Assembly (NCBI GenBank): GCA_009773495.1
Contig: WSXW01000003.1
Coordinates: 70,551-134,550 of the forward strand
Length of the DNA stretch: 64,000 nt
Direction: 5' to 3'
DNA from: Bacillota bacterium
GTDB lineage: Bacteria; Bacillota; UBA994
Under the pieces are notes generated by a model. The model was not told the DNA's origin, searched no databases, and saw only the letters and a program-made list of their open reading frames with translations. The position numbers and the translations under genes are program-made. Positions 29,187-39,084 of this stretch are shown one piece after another; the first letter of the stretch is position 1, and every line of letters starts with the position of its first letter.

Positions 29187-29220
29187 TCGAAAACCCGGGC
29201 GGACAAAACTCCACCCGGGT
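29187..29220 (-). terminator. rho-independent terminator after secF
   Basis: CCCGGGTGGAGTTTTGTCCGCCCGGG hairpin followed by TTTTCG on the minus strand. Confidence 0.65.
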
Positions 29221-29233
29221 CTGATTATTTCAA

Positions 29234-30133
29234 CTAGGTTCTTTTTGTATTCAAGCGCGCCTTGTTCTCGGCGTTTTTCCAGTCCACCCAGATCGAACTG
29301 GCAATAAAGATGGTGGAATAAACTCCAGCAATCAGACCAATCACAAGGGCAATGGCGAGAGGGCGCAGAGTAATCCCGCCAAAGATGAAAACTGAGCCGA
29401 CGACTAGTAAAGTACTGACCGAGGTGTTGATGGCACGAACAATGGATTCATTAACACTGCGATTGACCAGTTCCTCCATGTCAGCATGACGTTTAGCCTT
29501 GACGAGGTTTTCGCGAATGCGGTCAAATACAACCATAGTGTCGTTAACGGAGTATCCGACGATGGTAAGAATAGCTGCGATGAATTCGCTGTTAACCTCT
29601 ATTCTGAACAGCGCGAAGAAAATTATTACTACAAAAACGTCATGCAACAAGGCTATGACAGCCGCTACCGCAAATTTGTGCTCAAAGCGGATGGCAATGT
29701 AGATGAGCATACCAATCGAGGCCAAGATTAGAGCATAAATGGCGTTGCGCACCAATACGCCGCTGAACGTGGCATCGACTCGCGCGGTTGAAACAAGCTC
29801 AGCCTCCGGCCACTTCTCTTGCAACGATTCAAGAGCAGCATTAATACTTTCATTATCGATATTGGTGGTGCGGATTTCAACGCGGGTCCTCTGCCCACTG
29901 CCCTCGCGAATATCCCTGATCTGTAAACGCTCGATATGAGGCGAAACTGTCTGTTGAACTTCGCCAGTGGTGTAAACAGTCTTGAGGTCTACTTCAAGGA
30001 GCGAGCCACTCCGGAAGTCGACGCCGAAATTCAGCCCACGGAAAAGTAAAAGGCCTATACCAAAAACGATGAACACAACAGAGACATAGTAAAACTGCTT
30101 GCGCTTGCCAATAATATTCAAATTAAACTTCAC
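29234..30133 (-). CDS. secF: protein translocase subunit SecF
   Basis: 299 aa, SecF family TM pattern, adjacent to secD. Confidence 0.9.
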   Translation of the reverse strand: MKFNLNIIGKRKQFYYVSVVFIVFGIGLLLFRGLNFGVDFRSGSLLEVDLKTVYTTGEVQQTVSPHIERLQIRDIREGSGQRTRVEIRTTNIDNESINAALESLQEKWPEAELVSTARVDATFSGVLVRNAIYALILASIGMLIYIAIRFEHKFAVAAVIALLHDVFVVIIFFALFRIEVNSEFIAAILTIVGYSVNDTMVVFDRIRENLVKAKRHADMEELVNRSVNESIVRAINTSVSTLLVVGSVFIFGGITLRPLAIALVIGLIAGVYSTIFIASSIWVDWKNAENKARLNTKRT

Positions 30134-30146
30134 TTATGTCCCCTCC

Positions 30147-31382
30147 CTACATGCCCATAGACTTAGAGCTCTTGACGATATTGGCATTTATTACCAAATT
30201 CATGAGCAGCCGTGTCAGGTATACAGCAGTTAACATACTCACGCCGATACTGATGGCCAACGTTAGAGCGAAGCCCTTAACCGTACCGGTGCCAAACCAG
30301 TACAGAACAGCAGCGCCAACGACCGTAGTAATATTGGCATCCAAGACTGTCCACAGTGCCCGTTTAAAGCCGGCGCTAACAGAGACGCGCAAGGTACGGC
30401 CTGAGCCGAACTCTTCTTTAATACGCTCAAAGATAATGACATTAGCATCCACGGCCATACCTATCCCCAGGACAATACCGGCAATACCAGGTAGGGTTAA
30501 AGTGGCCTTGAGGAGAACCATAGACCACATTACGAGCAGAGCGTATCCAATGAGGGCAATATTAGCGACTAAGCCAAAACCACGATAAACTGCAAGCATA
30601 AACAATAGTACTAACACCGAACCGATTAGCCCGGCCACAACGCTCTTTTGCAGAGAAGTCTGACCCAAGGTGGGTCCGACTAACCGGAAATCGCGGGTCT
30701 CAAGCTTAACAGGTAGCGCACCAGAGCGGAGCATAATTGCCAGGTTTTTAGCTTCACTAAGAGAGGAGAGACCAGATATCTGCCCCTCAGCGCCAACTGC
30801 ATCCTGAATTTGCGGAACAGAGATGGGTTGTTCATCTAAAGCGATAACGAGATAACTATTGATATTAGCTTCGGTATGGGCACGCATAAGGCGGCCGCCC
30901 TCTTCGTCCAATTCTATTGACACGTAAGCCTGACCACGTTCGTCAAGTTTTTCACGCGCGTCTTTTAAATTCTTGCCTGTAAGAAAGGCTTTGCCCGGCA
31001 CAGCTTCTCCAGCCTCATTTATTATGAGACCGTGGAACGTAAGCTGCGCAGTTGTCCCAATGAGATCAACGACCTGCTGCACGTCCTCATAACCCGGTAG
31101 GGATACACGAATGCGGCGTGAACCTTCACGCACTATTTCAGGTTCAACAACGCCAAGCGCATTGACACGTTGACTAATGATTGCTACAGCCTGAGTCATC
31201 GCCTCTTCATCAATCTCGGGAACTTCAGCAGTCGGTACGGCCTCTAACACAACAGAGACACCGCCGCGGATGTCAAGGCCTAGAATAACCGAATCCTTGA
31301 TTGGCTGGTAGGAAAGGTATACCGCACCGCCCAGCAACGCGATAACTAGTAAAAAAATAAGAAAGTATATTTTGCTGTTCAA
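30147..31382 (-). CDS. secD: protein translocase subunit SecD
   Basis: 411 aa, SecD periplasmic and TM domains. Confidence 0.9.
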   Translation of the reverse strand: MNSKIYFLIFLLVIALLGGAVYLSYQPIKDSVILGLDIRGGVSVVLEAVPTAEVPEIDEEAMTQAVAIISQRVNALGVVEPEIVREGSRRIRVSLPGYEDVQQVVDLIGTTAQLTFHGLIINEAGEAVPGKAFLTGKNLKDAREKLDERGQAYVSIELDEEGGRLMRAHTEANINSYLVIALDEQPISVPQIQDAVGAEGQISGLSSLSEAKNLAIMLRSGALPVKLETRDFRLVGPTLGQTSLQKSVVAGLIGSVLVLLFMLAVYRGFGLVANIALIGYALLVMWSMVLLKATLTLPGIAGIVLGIGMAVDANVIIFERIKEEFGSGRTLRVSVSAGFKRALWTVLDANITTVVGAAVLYWFGTGTVKGFALTLAISIGVSMLTAVYLTRLLMNLVINANIVKSSKSMGM

Positions 31383-31574
31383 GTCTGTTTCCTCCTTAGC
31401 ATTTCTCTCTCTAAACCCTAACGCTAATTATAGCTCCTGACTGGTAAGTCAGTCAACGGATGGGCCTATAATGGAGCGGACAAGGTCCCTAGTCAAAAAT
31501 CATAAATCAAAGAGCAAAAACAGATCAGTCGTCCTGCCCTATTGATTTTTTGGTCTTTACTTTTTGTTTAGTTC

Positions 31575-32243
31575 TTACAAGAGCTTCGCTTCATTCATAA
31601 AAATCGAGAACTTGCTCTCTAATCGTTCCGCTGCCCGTCGACACATGACCATACGCGTTAAAAATATCTCAAAATAGTCCATAACCGGGCAAATGTTAGT
31701 GTCGATGCTTAATCTAAGTGTAATTATGCGCGACTCGGCATCTACTAACACTTCAGATTTGTTGACCGCGTAATTGACCCGATCATGAATATCAAAAGTG
31801 GCAAAGTCGCGGTTACGCACCCGAGAGCGATGCACGTCGGACTTATCGGCTATAATAAGGGCGGCAGCCACGTCATTGACGGATTGCCCATATTCTTCCT
31901 CGTGATTCCCGATGGCTGCGGACACAGTGGCAATATCTTCTAAAGACATGCCCATCTCCTCAAGTGTGTTCATAACTATGATTGCTGCGGTTTGACCATG
32001 GTTATGCCGACTGATAACGTTGCCGATGTCGTGAGTCCAACCTGCTATAGCCGCCAGTTCAGCCATACGCTCGGGGTAGTTGAGCTCCTTAAGGATACGG
32101 GCAGAGATAGTGGCGACAACACCAGCGTGTCTTAGGCCATGCTCCGTAAACCCCATGGCCGCTAGGTGCTTGTTGCCAAAGTCAAGATAGGTCTTGAGAC
32201 GAGGGTTCTGTTTTACCTCTACAAGAGTCGGTGTTTTTTCCAT
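31575..32243 (-). CDS. HD/HDIG-domain phosphohydrolase
   Basis: H...HD motif (LRHAGVVA...WTHDIGN). Its start overlaps the stop of the P-loop gene. Confidence 0.6.
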   Translation of the reverse strand: MEKTPTLVEVKQNPRLKTYLDFGNKHLAAMGFTEHGLRHAGVVATISARILKELNYPERMAELAAIAGWTHDIGNVISRHNHGQTAAIIVMNTLEEMGMSLEDIATVSAAIGNHEEEYGQSVNDVAAALIIADKSDVHRSRVRNRDFATFDIHDRVNYAVNKSEVLVDAESRIITLRLSIDTNICPVMDYFEIFLTRMVMCRRAAERLESKFSIFMNEAKLL

Positions 32244-32605
32244 TAATTAATCTCCTTTTGTGTGTACTGGGATAGGGCCTGTTCCGCTACAGCGAGCACC
32301 TGCTCTTTAGTGAGAGCATCAGTCAAGATCATGATATGAGCCGCTTCCCTTACCTCCGCGAGCAACTCCCATTGCTCGTCAAGGCGTTCCTGACCCCATG
32401 GGATGCGGCGGCGTTGCCGTGCGGTCTCTAGAGTACATCTCAAATAAATGATTACATCCGGGGTCAAACGTCGCCAAAATTTCTTCGAGACAGAATGCTC
32501 CTGGGGAATATTGACAGCATTATATCCTTTGTCGCGTAAGGCTGTAACCAGTGTACTTTTACCGGCAACACAATTACCTACGACGCCAATGCGGATATTT
32601 AGCAT
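32243..32605 (-). CDS. small P-loop NTPase (nucleotide-kinase-like)
   Basis: Walker A GNCVAGKST, 120 aa, translationally coupled on both sides. Confidence 0.55.
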   Translation of the reverse strand: MLNIRIGVVGNCVAGKSTLVTALRDKGYNAVNIPQEHSVSKKFWRRLTPDVIIYLRCTLETARQRRRIPWGQERLDEQWELLAEVREAAHIMILTDALTKEQVLAVAEQALSQYTQKEIN

Positions 32606-33303
32606 GGCACATCAATCGTCATCTTTCGTACTTTGATGTCTGGTTCATAGGTGTCTACGTAGATAACAAAAATGGCCATATCATCGGAAGGTCGCCTATC
32701 GTCTCTTCCAACTGCTTCTTGGAGCAGGAAATCAGCCAGATATTTGGGGTCATCCGCATGTTTGGCAATAAGCTCGGCAATCTCGCCATCCTGCCAAGGC
32801 TTCCCTCTGGAACGCCCGGCTGCCGAGATACCATCGGTCATGCCGACTATCGCCAGACCTTTTTCGATATTGAACTCAAAGACATTAGGTTTCATACTGC
32901 GGTGTACTCCAATGGGGTTGCTACCGGAGTCGAATGTTAATACGTTTCCGTCCTGCAGCACGTAGACTGGCGGGCCTCCGTTTTGGCTTATAACGATAGA
33001 CTGAGTTTCAAGATCTGCGGAGGCTATAACCAAAGTAGCTGAAACCCGCCCGTCGCGCAAAGCGTAGAGCATGTCGTGGACAGTGCGGGCTGCCGCGCCA
33101 TCACGAGCGCCTTCGGATATTAAACCGGCACACTTTGCGACCACCAGCTGACTGTTGGTGCGAGCTGACTTTCCGCTACCCTGTGCGTCCGCCAGCACAA
33201 TCGAGATGCCGCCTCGCGGGCGCTCAGTCACCTCAACAGAGTCTCCACTCTCAGATACGGAATATTTATTGGTTTTAGCGATTGCTGCTTTTATTTCAAG
33301 CAT
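32599..33303 (-). CDS. PP2C-type (SpoIIE/RsbU-like) Ser/Thr phosphatase domain protein
   Basis: GDSVEV...GGISIVLADAQGSGKSA...GMTDGI pattern of the PPM phosphatase family. Length is 234 aa. Confidence 0.6.
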   Translation of the reverse strand: MLEIKAAIAKTNKYSVSESGDSVEVTERPRGGISIVLADAQGSGKSARTNSQLVVAKCAGLISEGARDGAAARTVHDMLYALRDGRVSATLVIASADLETQSIVISQNGGPPVYVLQDGNVLTFDSGSNPIGVHRSMKPNVFEFNIEKGLAIVGMTDGISAAGRSRGKPWQDGEIAELIAKHADDPKYLADFLLQEAVGRDDRRPSDDMAIFVIYVDTYEPDIKVRKMTIDVPC

Positions 33304-33556
33304 GGCGGAGCCTCCTCTAGGACCGAATCAAAAATTATAAGGGGAACAGATAGGCCTTAGGCTTTAGGCTGCTAGGCGTTTGAAGGGGTAAAAGGTACAA
33401 GGTGTAATGAAGCTCTGAGGACTAACGTCCTCTACGAAGTACCAAGTACGAGGTATGACCATCCACCGTGTTCTGTGTACCGTGTTCTATGTACGCCGAA
33501 CTCCCAATGACCTTTCATTAGATTCCCCGTTAAAGGCCGGATTCCTGCCTGTCCAC

Positions 33557-34027
33557 CTAATAGCTTGTCCCAAGCCGTTTCGACCAAAACGCTCGTTCAA
33601 AGAGAATAGCCCGCGCCATGTGTGTTAGAGCTACATTTTTGGCTTGTGCAATTGATACGGAGATTCCGTTCTTAAGGAGCACCTCGCTGCCCACTTCACT
33701 CTTTTCGATACGTACAATAGCTTGAATCAGAAAGTAACCGTAGGCCGGGTCGCCCGGCACCTTCGGTGTGTGAACCTTTAATGGACCAAATGTCCTGTCA
33801 AGACAGAGGGGAAGCGGGGTCAAATGAGGGCGGCCAGAGACAAACTTAGCGGCATTAGATAAAGCCTTGCGGTCTAGAGCGAAGGACCTGCACGCCTGTC
33901 GGATCGCGGTAGGAAGAGTAATCGCAAGCACAACAGCCTCGTGCGGGTATATTACCCGTAATGCTAACCCTGTAGCCGAATACACCGGATAGAAAGCTAG
34001 AGCGGACATGAAATATACCTGTTTCAT
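33557..34027 (-). CDS. hypothetical protein
   Basis: 156-aa ORF with no recognisable motifs, flanked by repeat-rich intergenic regions. Confidence 0.35.
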   Translation of the reverse strand: MKQVYFMSALAFYPVYSATGLALRVIYPHEAVVLAITLPTAIRQACRSFALDRKALSNAAKFVSGRPHLTPLPLCLDRTFGPLKVHTPKVPGDPAYGYFLIQAIVRIEKSEVGSEVLLKNGISVSIAQAKNVALTHMARAILFERAFWSKRLGTSY

Positions 34028-34112
34028 TAAAATACCCCCCTTTACTTAAAAGACTACCATCCTTAAGTAACAGAGAGGTAACATGTATTCACTTAAAAGT
34101 AATACATAGGTA

Positions 34113-35165
34113 TTATACGAATGTGCACGGTGCTTGGGGGTTAAAAGTGTAACCTAGCCCTCTGCGAGTAACGATCCATTCTTGGCCGAGGGGTAGCCGG
34201 CTTCTCAAGCGCGACATCTGCGCTTTTAAACTCTTCTCTCCTAAATACAAATTTTGCCTACCGGTAACAGAAGTGTAAATCTGAGCAGGCGTATATATGC
34301 GACCGGGATTTGCAGCTAGATGACACAGAATACGGGTTTCCTGCGGGAATAACGGGAGTAACCTGCCCCGATAGCGTACTTCCATGGTATCGCGGTTAAT
34401 AGTTAGTTCTTCTGACTGAGTAGCAATCAATTTAAAAGCCAAACTAACAGCAGGGAGAGGGGTACGCTCGCCTGCCAGACCTAGTTTTCTCAAATCCCCT
34501 ACGGTTGGTCTAAGCCTAGCCACATGGTGTAGCTTGCCCTTGGATGCGGCGTCTAACACCACTTTGTAAACAGTATTGACGCTGCTCTCTCGGCATTGTA
34601 GTGCGCATGCTAAGTCACGGGTTAACTCTGGAGACCCCCTGCCCCAGGCATAGAGAGCGAGAGCGACATGATCATCGGGCTGACGCTTAAGTAGCGCGGC
34701 AACCTCGCCCCGACTAAAGAAACCGAGCTGTAAACGAGCGTCCTCCCAGTGACTCCGGGTGCCGATGACTATATAGGTCTGGGCCAACTGAGGTTCGAAA
34801 ACTCGCTCGCTATTAAATAACCTAAGCATCACCCTTAGCTCAGTTTGTCCCTCGAGGCTCAGGGAATCCGCACAGTCAATGAGCAGAACTGCTGGGCTGA
34901 GCTTCTTCAGTGCTATTAGCAAAGAGCTATGGGAGTAAGTCTGGGGCGTTAGATTCAGGCGTGCTGCCAAATGTTCAAAAAGATTGATATCGGGCATAGC
35001 TGCGTTAACATAATAGATACCACCAGGGGGCTCCGTTGTAAGCCCGCTTCCGATTTGAGAGAGGAATAAAGTTAGTCCGGCACGGGGTGTAGATTCGACA
35101 ATGAGGCTGCCTTCATCTTTAAGAATTTGTATGGCTCTGCTTAAAGCCTCTCGCTCAATTCGCAC
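34113..35165 (-). CDS. transcriptional regulator with a C-terminal OmpR/PhoB-type winged-helix domain and an unassigned N-terminal domain
   Basis: C-terminus ETRILCHLAANPGRIYTPAQIY...LKAQMSRLRSRL...VTRRGLGYTF matches the trans_reg_C pattern. The N-terminal ~240 aa is neither a canonical receiver domain nor has a Walker A. Confidence 0.55.
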   Translation of the reverse strand: MRIEREALSRAIQILKDEGSLIVESTPRAGLTLFLSQIGSGLTTEPPGGIYYVNAAMPDINLFEHLAARLNLTPQTYSHSSLLIALKKLSPAVLLIDCADSLSLEGQTELRVMLRLFNSERVFEPQLAQTYIVIGTRSHWEDARLQLGFFSRGEVAALLKRQPDDHVALALYAWGRGSPELTRDLACALQCRESSVNTVYKVVLDAASKGKLHHVARLRPTVGDLRKLGLAGERTPLPAVSLAFKLIATQSEELTINRDTMEVRYRGRLLPLFPQETRILCHLAANPGRIYTPAQIYTSVTGRQNLYLGEKSLKAQMSRLRSRLPLGQEWIVTRRGLGYTFNPQAPCTFV

Positions 35166-35300
35166 TTAAATCACCTCTTTCTCTGTTTCTCAATTGTACA
35201 TGCGAACGCCTGTTTGGTCAAGGTTCGTATGCCAATGTTGACAGAAAAGAGGACAATCAGTCGCGGCGTAGAATAGTTGAAACATGAGGAGGCGATCCAT

Positions 35301-38039
35301 ATGAAGTTTGGTCGTAGGCTGCTGTTCCTGTTTGTGTCGCTAGGCCTGCTGGTCATGGCTAGTGCAAATTTTTACACCAACTATCTCTGGTATGTGTCCA
35401 TAGGATATCAGGCTATTTTTTTGAAAACACTGCTTGCTCGCACGGCTTTGTTTACTGCCGCTCTTGTGGTTGCAACACTTTTCTTCGTTATAAACTTACA
35501 TATGCTGCGCACAACTATGCGTCACCGCATTATGGGCACAGCCACCGGTAATATTCGGTATTTTCCATCTGAACAGCCTTGGATGGAGTCATTTGAAGCC
35601 ATCTTAAGCAGTAAAAAGATTACCTTGCTCTTGTGGGGCATAGCGTTAACCCTGGGTACAATTGTTGCTCTACCTGCGAGCTCGGGCGGTCTATCTAGCC
35701 TGATGTATCTCAACAGCCAGCCTGCCGGTGTGGTAGACCCACTTTACCAGGTTGACGTGTCATTTTACCTGTTTCGTCTGCCCTTTTTAGTTAGTACGGT
35801 CTCCGCTGCGTTCGGGTTAGTGTTAATGACAACTTTAATTACGGTAGGCCTGTATGTTGTTACTAATAACCTCTCTCTAAACCAGGGGAGTTCTAACCAA
35901 GCCCTAAAGCACACATCTCTCCTAGTAGCCCTCCTTCTGCTTGTGCGCGGAGTGGGTTATCAGCTTGATGCTTACCGTTTGGTATATTCACCGCGCGGAG
36001 TTGCCTTTGGTGCCAGTTATACAGACGTGGCAGCCTCACGGCCTGTATTTGTGTTCCTAGTAGCGCTATCCGTTGTTGGAGCAGTTGTTGCTCTAGTAAA
36101 CCTAAAACTTAAACGGATCAAGCTGTTAAGTGTAATTCCTGCCCTGATTCTCATTGTGTCAATGTTGGCCGGCAATTTATATCCAATGCTGGTGCAACAG
36201 TATGTAGTTGAACCTAACGAGCTGGAGAAGGAGACACGATTTATCCAATACAACATAGATTCCACTAGGCGGGCCTTTGGGCTCGATTCACTTAAAAATA
36301 GCGAATTGCCTGCTCCTCAACCACTCAGTCAACAAGACGTGGCCAATAACCAATCCACCTTAGATAACGTTCGCGTGCTCGATTGGCGCCCTTTGCAACA
36401 AACCTATAATCAACTACAAAGTATACGTGTCTACTATAGATTCCACGATGTGGACATAGACCGCTATGTGATCGACGGTAAACTCGAGCAGGTAATGCTC
36501 GCCGCTCGTGAGTTATCGACCCAAGATCTTAGTGGCAGTGGCCGCACTTGGATTAACGAACATCTACGCTACACTCACGGTTATGGAGCGGTTGTATCGC
36601 CTGTTAACCAAGTAGGCCCACGCGGTGAGCCTCTGTTCTATGTACAGGATATTCCGCCTAAAACAACCACTTCAGTCTTAAGCATTGAGCGCCCGGAGAT
36701 TTACTTTGGAGAGTTTCCAGGTAATTACGTGGTTGTTAACGCACGTTCAGATGAGTTTAGTTACCCCTTAGGCGAGAGCAATGCCACTACGAGATATCAG
36801 GGGGACGACGGCATCACCCTTGGCTTCCTCAACAAGCTTATGTTCAGTCTCCGGTACGGTACTACTAAGCTGTTTTTAGCAGACGATGTACTCCCGGACA
36901 GCAAAATTATGTTTTATCGCAACATTCTAGAACGCTTACAGATGATAGCGCCCTTCCTAACTTACGAGCCAGACCCCTATCTAGTAATTAACGAAGGCCG
37001 CTTATTCTGGATTGTTGACGCTTACACTACATCGGACCATTATCCCTACTCGGAGCCCTACGGGGACTCACGCGTTAACTACATTCGAAACTCTGTAAAG
37101 GTTGTTGTTGACGCCTACAACGGCACTGTGACCTATTATTTAGCGGACGAGGGAGATCCCGTTGTTCGCACCTTGGCGACCACGTTCCCTAGCCTATTCC
37201 AACCGCTTGCAGCCATGCCAGACGGTTTACGGGCGCACATTAGGTACCCAGAGCAGCTATTAGCCATTCAGGCCAACGTGCTTTCGACCTACCACATGAC
37301 TAACCCGTCTACCTTCTACAACAAGGAGGACATGTGGAGAATTGCGCAAGAGCAATATGCAGGCGCTGATACGACTGTGCTACCTTACTACATGATCATG
37401 ACCCCACCTGGAGTCGGGGCTACAGACGAAGAGTTCGTGCTAGTACTACCACTCACCCCTGCTGGAACACAGCAGAACCCCAAGCACAACATGGTTGCCT
37501 ATCTAGCCGCCCGCAATGACTACCCCAATTATGGCGAGCTAGTCTTGTATCGTTTCCCCAAGGACACTGTAATTCAGGGCCCGATGCAGGTAGAGTCTCG
37601 CATCAGCCAAGATGCTCTGATTTCCCAACAGATCACATTATGGAGTGCTGCTGGATCTAATGTGCTACGTGGTAATTTGCTGGTTATACCGCTCGGAAAC
37701 TCCCTTATTTATGTGGAACCATTGTACATTCAATCTACTAGCAGCAGCTTACCTGAATTAAAGCGGGTAATCGTTGCTACGTTAGACAACATTGTTATGG
37801 CAGAGACATTTCAACAGGCACTAGCGCAACTCGTGGGGATCGCACCGCCACCTAGTCCCACCGCCCCCCCCATTCCTGGTGCAGACCCAACCCTAAGCCA
37901 ACTCTCACAGGCACTGGAACTTGCCTACCAATCAGCGCAAGGGGCCCTGCAAAGAGGCGACTGGGCTGAATATGGCAGGCAGCAACAGGAACTGTCGAGG
38001 CTGATTCAGGAATTACAAAAACTGGGTAATAGACCGTAG
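35301..38039 (+). CDS. UPF0182 family large membrane protein
   Basis: About 910 aa: N-terminal 7-TM bundle, then a large extracytoplasmic domain and a Pro-rich C-terminus. Start is at MKFGRR, with GAGGAGG 8 nt upstream. Confidence 0.55.
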   Translation: MKFGRRLLFLFVSLGLLVMASANFYTNYLWYVSIGYQAIFLKTLLARTALFTAALVVATLFFVINLHMLRTTMRHRIMGTATGNIRYFPSEQPWMESFEAILSSKKITLLLWGIALTLGTIVALPASSGGLSSLMYLNSQPAGVVDPLYQVDVSFYLFRLPFLVSTVSAAFGLVLMTTLITVGLYVVTNNLSLNQGSSNQALKHTSLLVALLLLVRGVGYQLDAYRLVYSPRGVAFGASYTDVAASRPVFVFLVALSVVGAVVALVNLKLKRIKLLSVIPALILIVSMLAGNLYPMLVQQYVVEPNELEKETRFIQYNIDSTRRAFGLDSLKNSELPAPQPLSQQDVANNQSTLDNVRVLDWRPLQQTYNQLQSIRVYYRFHDVDIDRYVIDGKLEQVMLAARELSTQDLSGSGRTWINEHLRYTHGYGAVVSPVNQVGPRGEPLFYVQDIPPKTTTSVLSIERPEIYFGEFPGNYVVVNARSDEFSYPLGESNATTRYQGDDGITLGFLNKLMFSLRYGTTKLFLADDVLPDSKIMFYRNILERLQMIAPFLTYEPDPYLVINEGRLFWIVDAYTTSDHYPYSEPYGDSRVNYIRNSVKVVVDAYNGTVTYYLADEGDPVVRTLATTFPSLFQPLAAMPDGLRAHIRYPEQLLAIQANVLSTYHMTNPSTFYNKEDMWRIAQEQYAGADTTVLPYYMIMTPPGVGATDEEFVLVLPLTPAGTQQNPKHNMVAYLAARNDYPNYGELVLYRFPKDTVIQGPMQVESRISQDALISQQITLWSAAGSNVLRGNLLVIPLGNSLIYVEPLYIQSTSSSLPELKRVIVATLDNIVMAETFQQALAQLVGIAPPPSPTAPPIPGADPTLSQLSQALELAYQSAQGALQRGDWAEYGRQQQELSRLIQELQKLGNRP

Positions 38040-38108
38040 GAACGAAGCAGGAAGTGAACGAGGACTGAATTCACATGAACACACTGAAGGAGATGACCGA
38101 ATTACAAC

Positions 38109-38150
38109 AGAGGGCTGGTTCACTTCAACGTGAACCAGCCCTCTGAGTAT
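38109..38150 (+). terminator. terminator hairpin after the UPF0182 gene
   Basis: AGAGGGCTGGTTCAC-ttcaac-GTGAACCAGCCCTCT, a 15-bp perfect stem. Confidence 0.55.
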
Positions 38151-38282
38151 CATTGCTTTCGGGCACCCATGGTTGACCAAGGGTCCTCTGTGTACTGTGT
38201 ACCATGTTCTGTGTACGGTCTACAGGGAGCCAGCGGCTAGGTGCCCCCATTCGCTATGCGCTATGTGCACGTTTCTTCTCGC

Positions 38283-39041
38283 CTACAGCACCTCTATCAA
38301 CCTAAACATCACATAAACCACTGCAGGAGGAACAGTCACCAGCAATAGACCACGCTTAGCTAAGTCAAAACCTCTAAAGGCATGGACCAGGTGATAGATA
38401 GTAAGTAATGCCCATGAGCCTAGTGAGATTAGATTTAAGAAGGGAATACCGTCGCGAACACCCACTACTAAGGCCATCGAGGCCAGTGGGACGACGAAGG
38501 AGAGAATTTCTATAATGTTGTTCTTGAATTCTAACCCTTCCTTAGCAACAGATAATCTGCGCAGCACAAGCGGTGCCGTCAACAACGCAATGATGGTTTC
38601 GGGGCCCATGTACGTGATGTTGTAAAGGAGTGAATATGCATATACGCTCTGCCCGGGTCCAGCGTATTCGCCAAAGAACACCACGCCGGCGAGGAAGTGC
38701 ATAAAGAAACGCGATAAGCCGCCAATCGTTATTCCTGCTAGCGGTTTTTCTTTAAAGAACCCTGCCAAGCCAACAGTAGCGAAGGCCAGTGGGTAGTCTA
38801 AAAGAGCCTGCACAGGATGAACAATATATGGGTCGACCATCATTTTAATCCCACTGAAGAGGAGCCCAGCCACTAACCCCGGAACCCCACCCCAACGTAG
38901 AGCCACAACGAAGAGTGGTAGCATCTGCAGTGACACAGACCCGCCTTGGGGCATTTCGCCCACGCGGAAGAGACTGAGCAGGTAGGCAAAGGCCACCATC
39001 ACCGCAATCTCTACCATCATCAGTGTTTTCTTGTTTCTCAC
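38283..39041 (-). CDS. ThiT/ECF-S-like thiamine (precursor) transporter
   Basis: 6-TM small transporter directly downstream of a TPP riboswitch. GTG start, with AGGAGGG 7 nt upstream. The first 26 codons of the listed ORF are read from the riboswitch terminator. Confidence 0.55.
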   Translation of the reverse strand: MRNKKTLMMVEIAVMVAFAYLLSLFRVGEMPQGGSVSLQMLPLFVVALRWGGVPGLVAGLLFSGIKMMVDPYIVHPVQALLDYPLAFATVGLAGFFKEKPLAGITIGGLSRFFMHFLAGVVFFGEYAGPGQSVYAYSLLYNITYMGPETIIALLTAPLVLRRLSVAKEGLEFKNNIIEILSFVVPLASMALVVGVRDGIPFLNLISLGSWALLTIYHLVHAFRGFDLAKRGLLLVTVPPAVVYVMFRLIEVL

Positions 39042-39084
39042 CAGAAGCCCTCCTTTATTCAGCAATGCCGCGGGAGTTAACCGA

